From: Asterias rubens
Lineage: Eukaryota
DNA: 64,000 nt
Direction of reading: 5' to 3'
NCBI RefSeq assembly: GCF_902459465.1
Contig: NC_047062.1
Span: 17,856,001-17,920,000 of the forward strand
Position 1 is the first letter of the stretch, and every line of letters starts with the position of its first letter. Under the pieces are notes generated by a model. That model worked only from the letters and a program-made list of their open reading frames with translations, was not told the origin of the DNA and did no database searches. Shown here piece after piece: positions 62,001 through 64,000 of the stretch. The position numbers were made by a program, and so were the translations under genes.

Positions 62001-64000
62001 GGGCGTTGTTGGCCCGCGTGCCAGGCCCATTCAGCCCCGGTTTGGTTTTGATATGAAAGCTGTATAAATATTGTTACGAGCCGTACTACATGTGGAGCGC
62101 AGTTTACAGGCAGCGAGCGAGGTACTTACCCATTCCATGCTTGCACAGCATTAGAGTTAGAGATGGGCGTGTTTTTGTAGTAACCTCGCGTGGCCCCTAG
62201 ACAGCTAGGCGCGTGGCGTACACGTGGGTCAGAAAACCTAGGGTTTTGGCGCCAAGCCAACATGGGTAATTGTACTGCATCACATCACGTAGACACTGGT
62301 AGAGTACATGTACATCAACATGTTCATGTGGATGTATATTCGTTCTTGTGTTCAACAACACACGAATCCCATCAGCAAAGCGTTCTCGTGTGGTGTGGAA
62401 ATACCACTGGATCCACATTATCTAGGGTGTAAATACGATGGACACAAAAAGGCAAACACATTTTAAACTGCATCTCATTGTATTTGCCAATAATATATTA
62501 TTTTTCAATAAAAGAAATTAGCTTGGAGAAGTATTTTTCACTCGGGACCTCCACACCATAGGCCTACAAATAAAGTTACAACATTGTATATCTAACTGTG
62601 GCTTAAAACATATTTATACCTCGAGTTTATTCCTATATAGGCCTACAAGCCATGCCAGGATCAGGTTAAAGGCGTAGCCTAGTTTTTGGTATTCGTGCTT
62701 ACTCGTGGACAGGCCTAGCCTATACACCACGCATAATGTTTCAGCTTGCTCTATGCGGGTTTCTGGTACTTTAAGACGGCATATCCGAAAAGGAAATTAC
62801 ACATTTTTTTTGCATCACAATAGAGGCTTAATAATGCAGGCTTAATGAGTTTTGGGTTTAATATAAAGGTCGCCACTCTTTCTGATTGCAATTATTTCAA
62901 GTGGCTAAAAAATACATGACTGTTTCAAGGCCTTGGTGAGTTTTGTAAAGACTGCCCATTGGTTTCTCCCTATACAACAGTCATGTCATTGTACTTAGCC
63001 TATCTATGGAGTGCTACCACCTACTGAACTGAAAATTACCCTTAGTTTTCAAAATATAATACAAACTTACAAATAAACAAAATAACAACAAAGAAACAGC
63101 AGGGTGCGGCCAGACCATCCCATAAATCCCATGTCTTCAGAACTTTTTGTTAGATTTGTAGTGCAAGATCGCTGACCGATATGGGCCCTTACTTATACGT
63201 GAAATATTATAGAGCCACATAATTCTTGTGAAGACTGGAAGGCTTCTTGGCCGCTGTACGTCATTGTCCATTAGACATTTTTTTTATCCCGAGTCAGCCA
63301 TTTCCCCAATCAATGCATACACACAAATATAGGCTATTATAGGGTATTCGATCCGGACTGCGAAGAAAAGGGGAATTGAAAAATCGGTTATGATTAATCC
63401 TTTCTAAACTTCTCTCCCGAAAAATAAATCTGGGTCACCCTCTGGGGTTGTACACAGCACATCATAAAAAGGAGATGGTAATCTTATGCCCCGAAGATGC
63501 ACACAATACTGCCCCTGGTGCAACAACCCGATCAAAATGTTGATGAAGGCAGTGTGTGTGATTGTTGCCCATTAAGGGCTTGACACTCTCTCCCTAATAT
63601 CTAGTACTCATTGGCACGTTCGGGCGCGTGTTGTGTGCAGTAGAGGTGGCGGCATCGTTTCAACTTATTTCCCGCGCTCGGGTCAAACACTTTATTGTAG
63701 CACGTGGCAATGGGGCTATGCGGTTTAATCAATAATATCCAGGTACTGCTGGAGATGACATGCATGACATCTTTACTATACACTGCGTGTCCGTTGCGCT
63801 CTCTCGTAAGTGCATTACACACATCCTATCTCAACGTTTTAATGGCCAGTCAGCCCTTTTTTTTATGTTAACCCACGGTTCCTCTTTCATTCAGTCACAG
63901 TGTACGGACAAGATAAGTTTTCCTCCGGTAAAAATGTTAAAACTATTACTCTGACTTTCTCTCTCTATTCATGGCATGTATTTCCAATTCACTGCTGTTA

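Overview
AT-rich, repeat-dense animal genomic DNA. The repeat repertoire looks like an echinoderm, probably a sea star; this is inference, not a database match. I can support one protein-coding gene: a 3-exon, minus-strand CHAC1-type glutathione-specific gamma-glutamylcyclotransferase (exons 55463-55278, 54430-54395, 48832-48338; 238 aa). Its upstream region carries a perfect ATF4-C/EBP CARE (TGATGCAAT), a perfect CRE and a CCAAT box, and kappaB-like sites lie in intron 2 and the 3' flank. The first ~47 kb has no recognisable coding sequence. It is filled with several non-autonomous DNA-transposon (MITE) families (mainly TTAA-flanked, Kolobok-like), tRNA-derived SINEs, LINE 3' tails and minisatellites. 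The most unusual items are: (i) a 1.8-kb tandem array of 12 tRNA-Leu(CAA)-derived SINE heads, most preceded by a T5 run, which resembles a head-to-tail Pol III cassette array; (ii) two minimal hammerhead-ribozyme-like motifs of the Penelope type; (iii) strong local enrichment of the palindrome TAGGCCTA. Most short ORFs in the supplied track are repeat-derived or chance.
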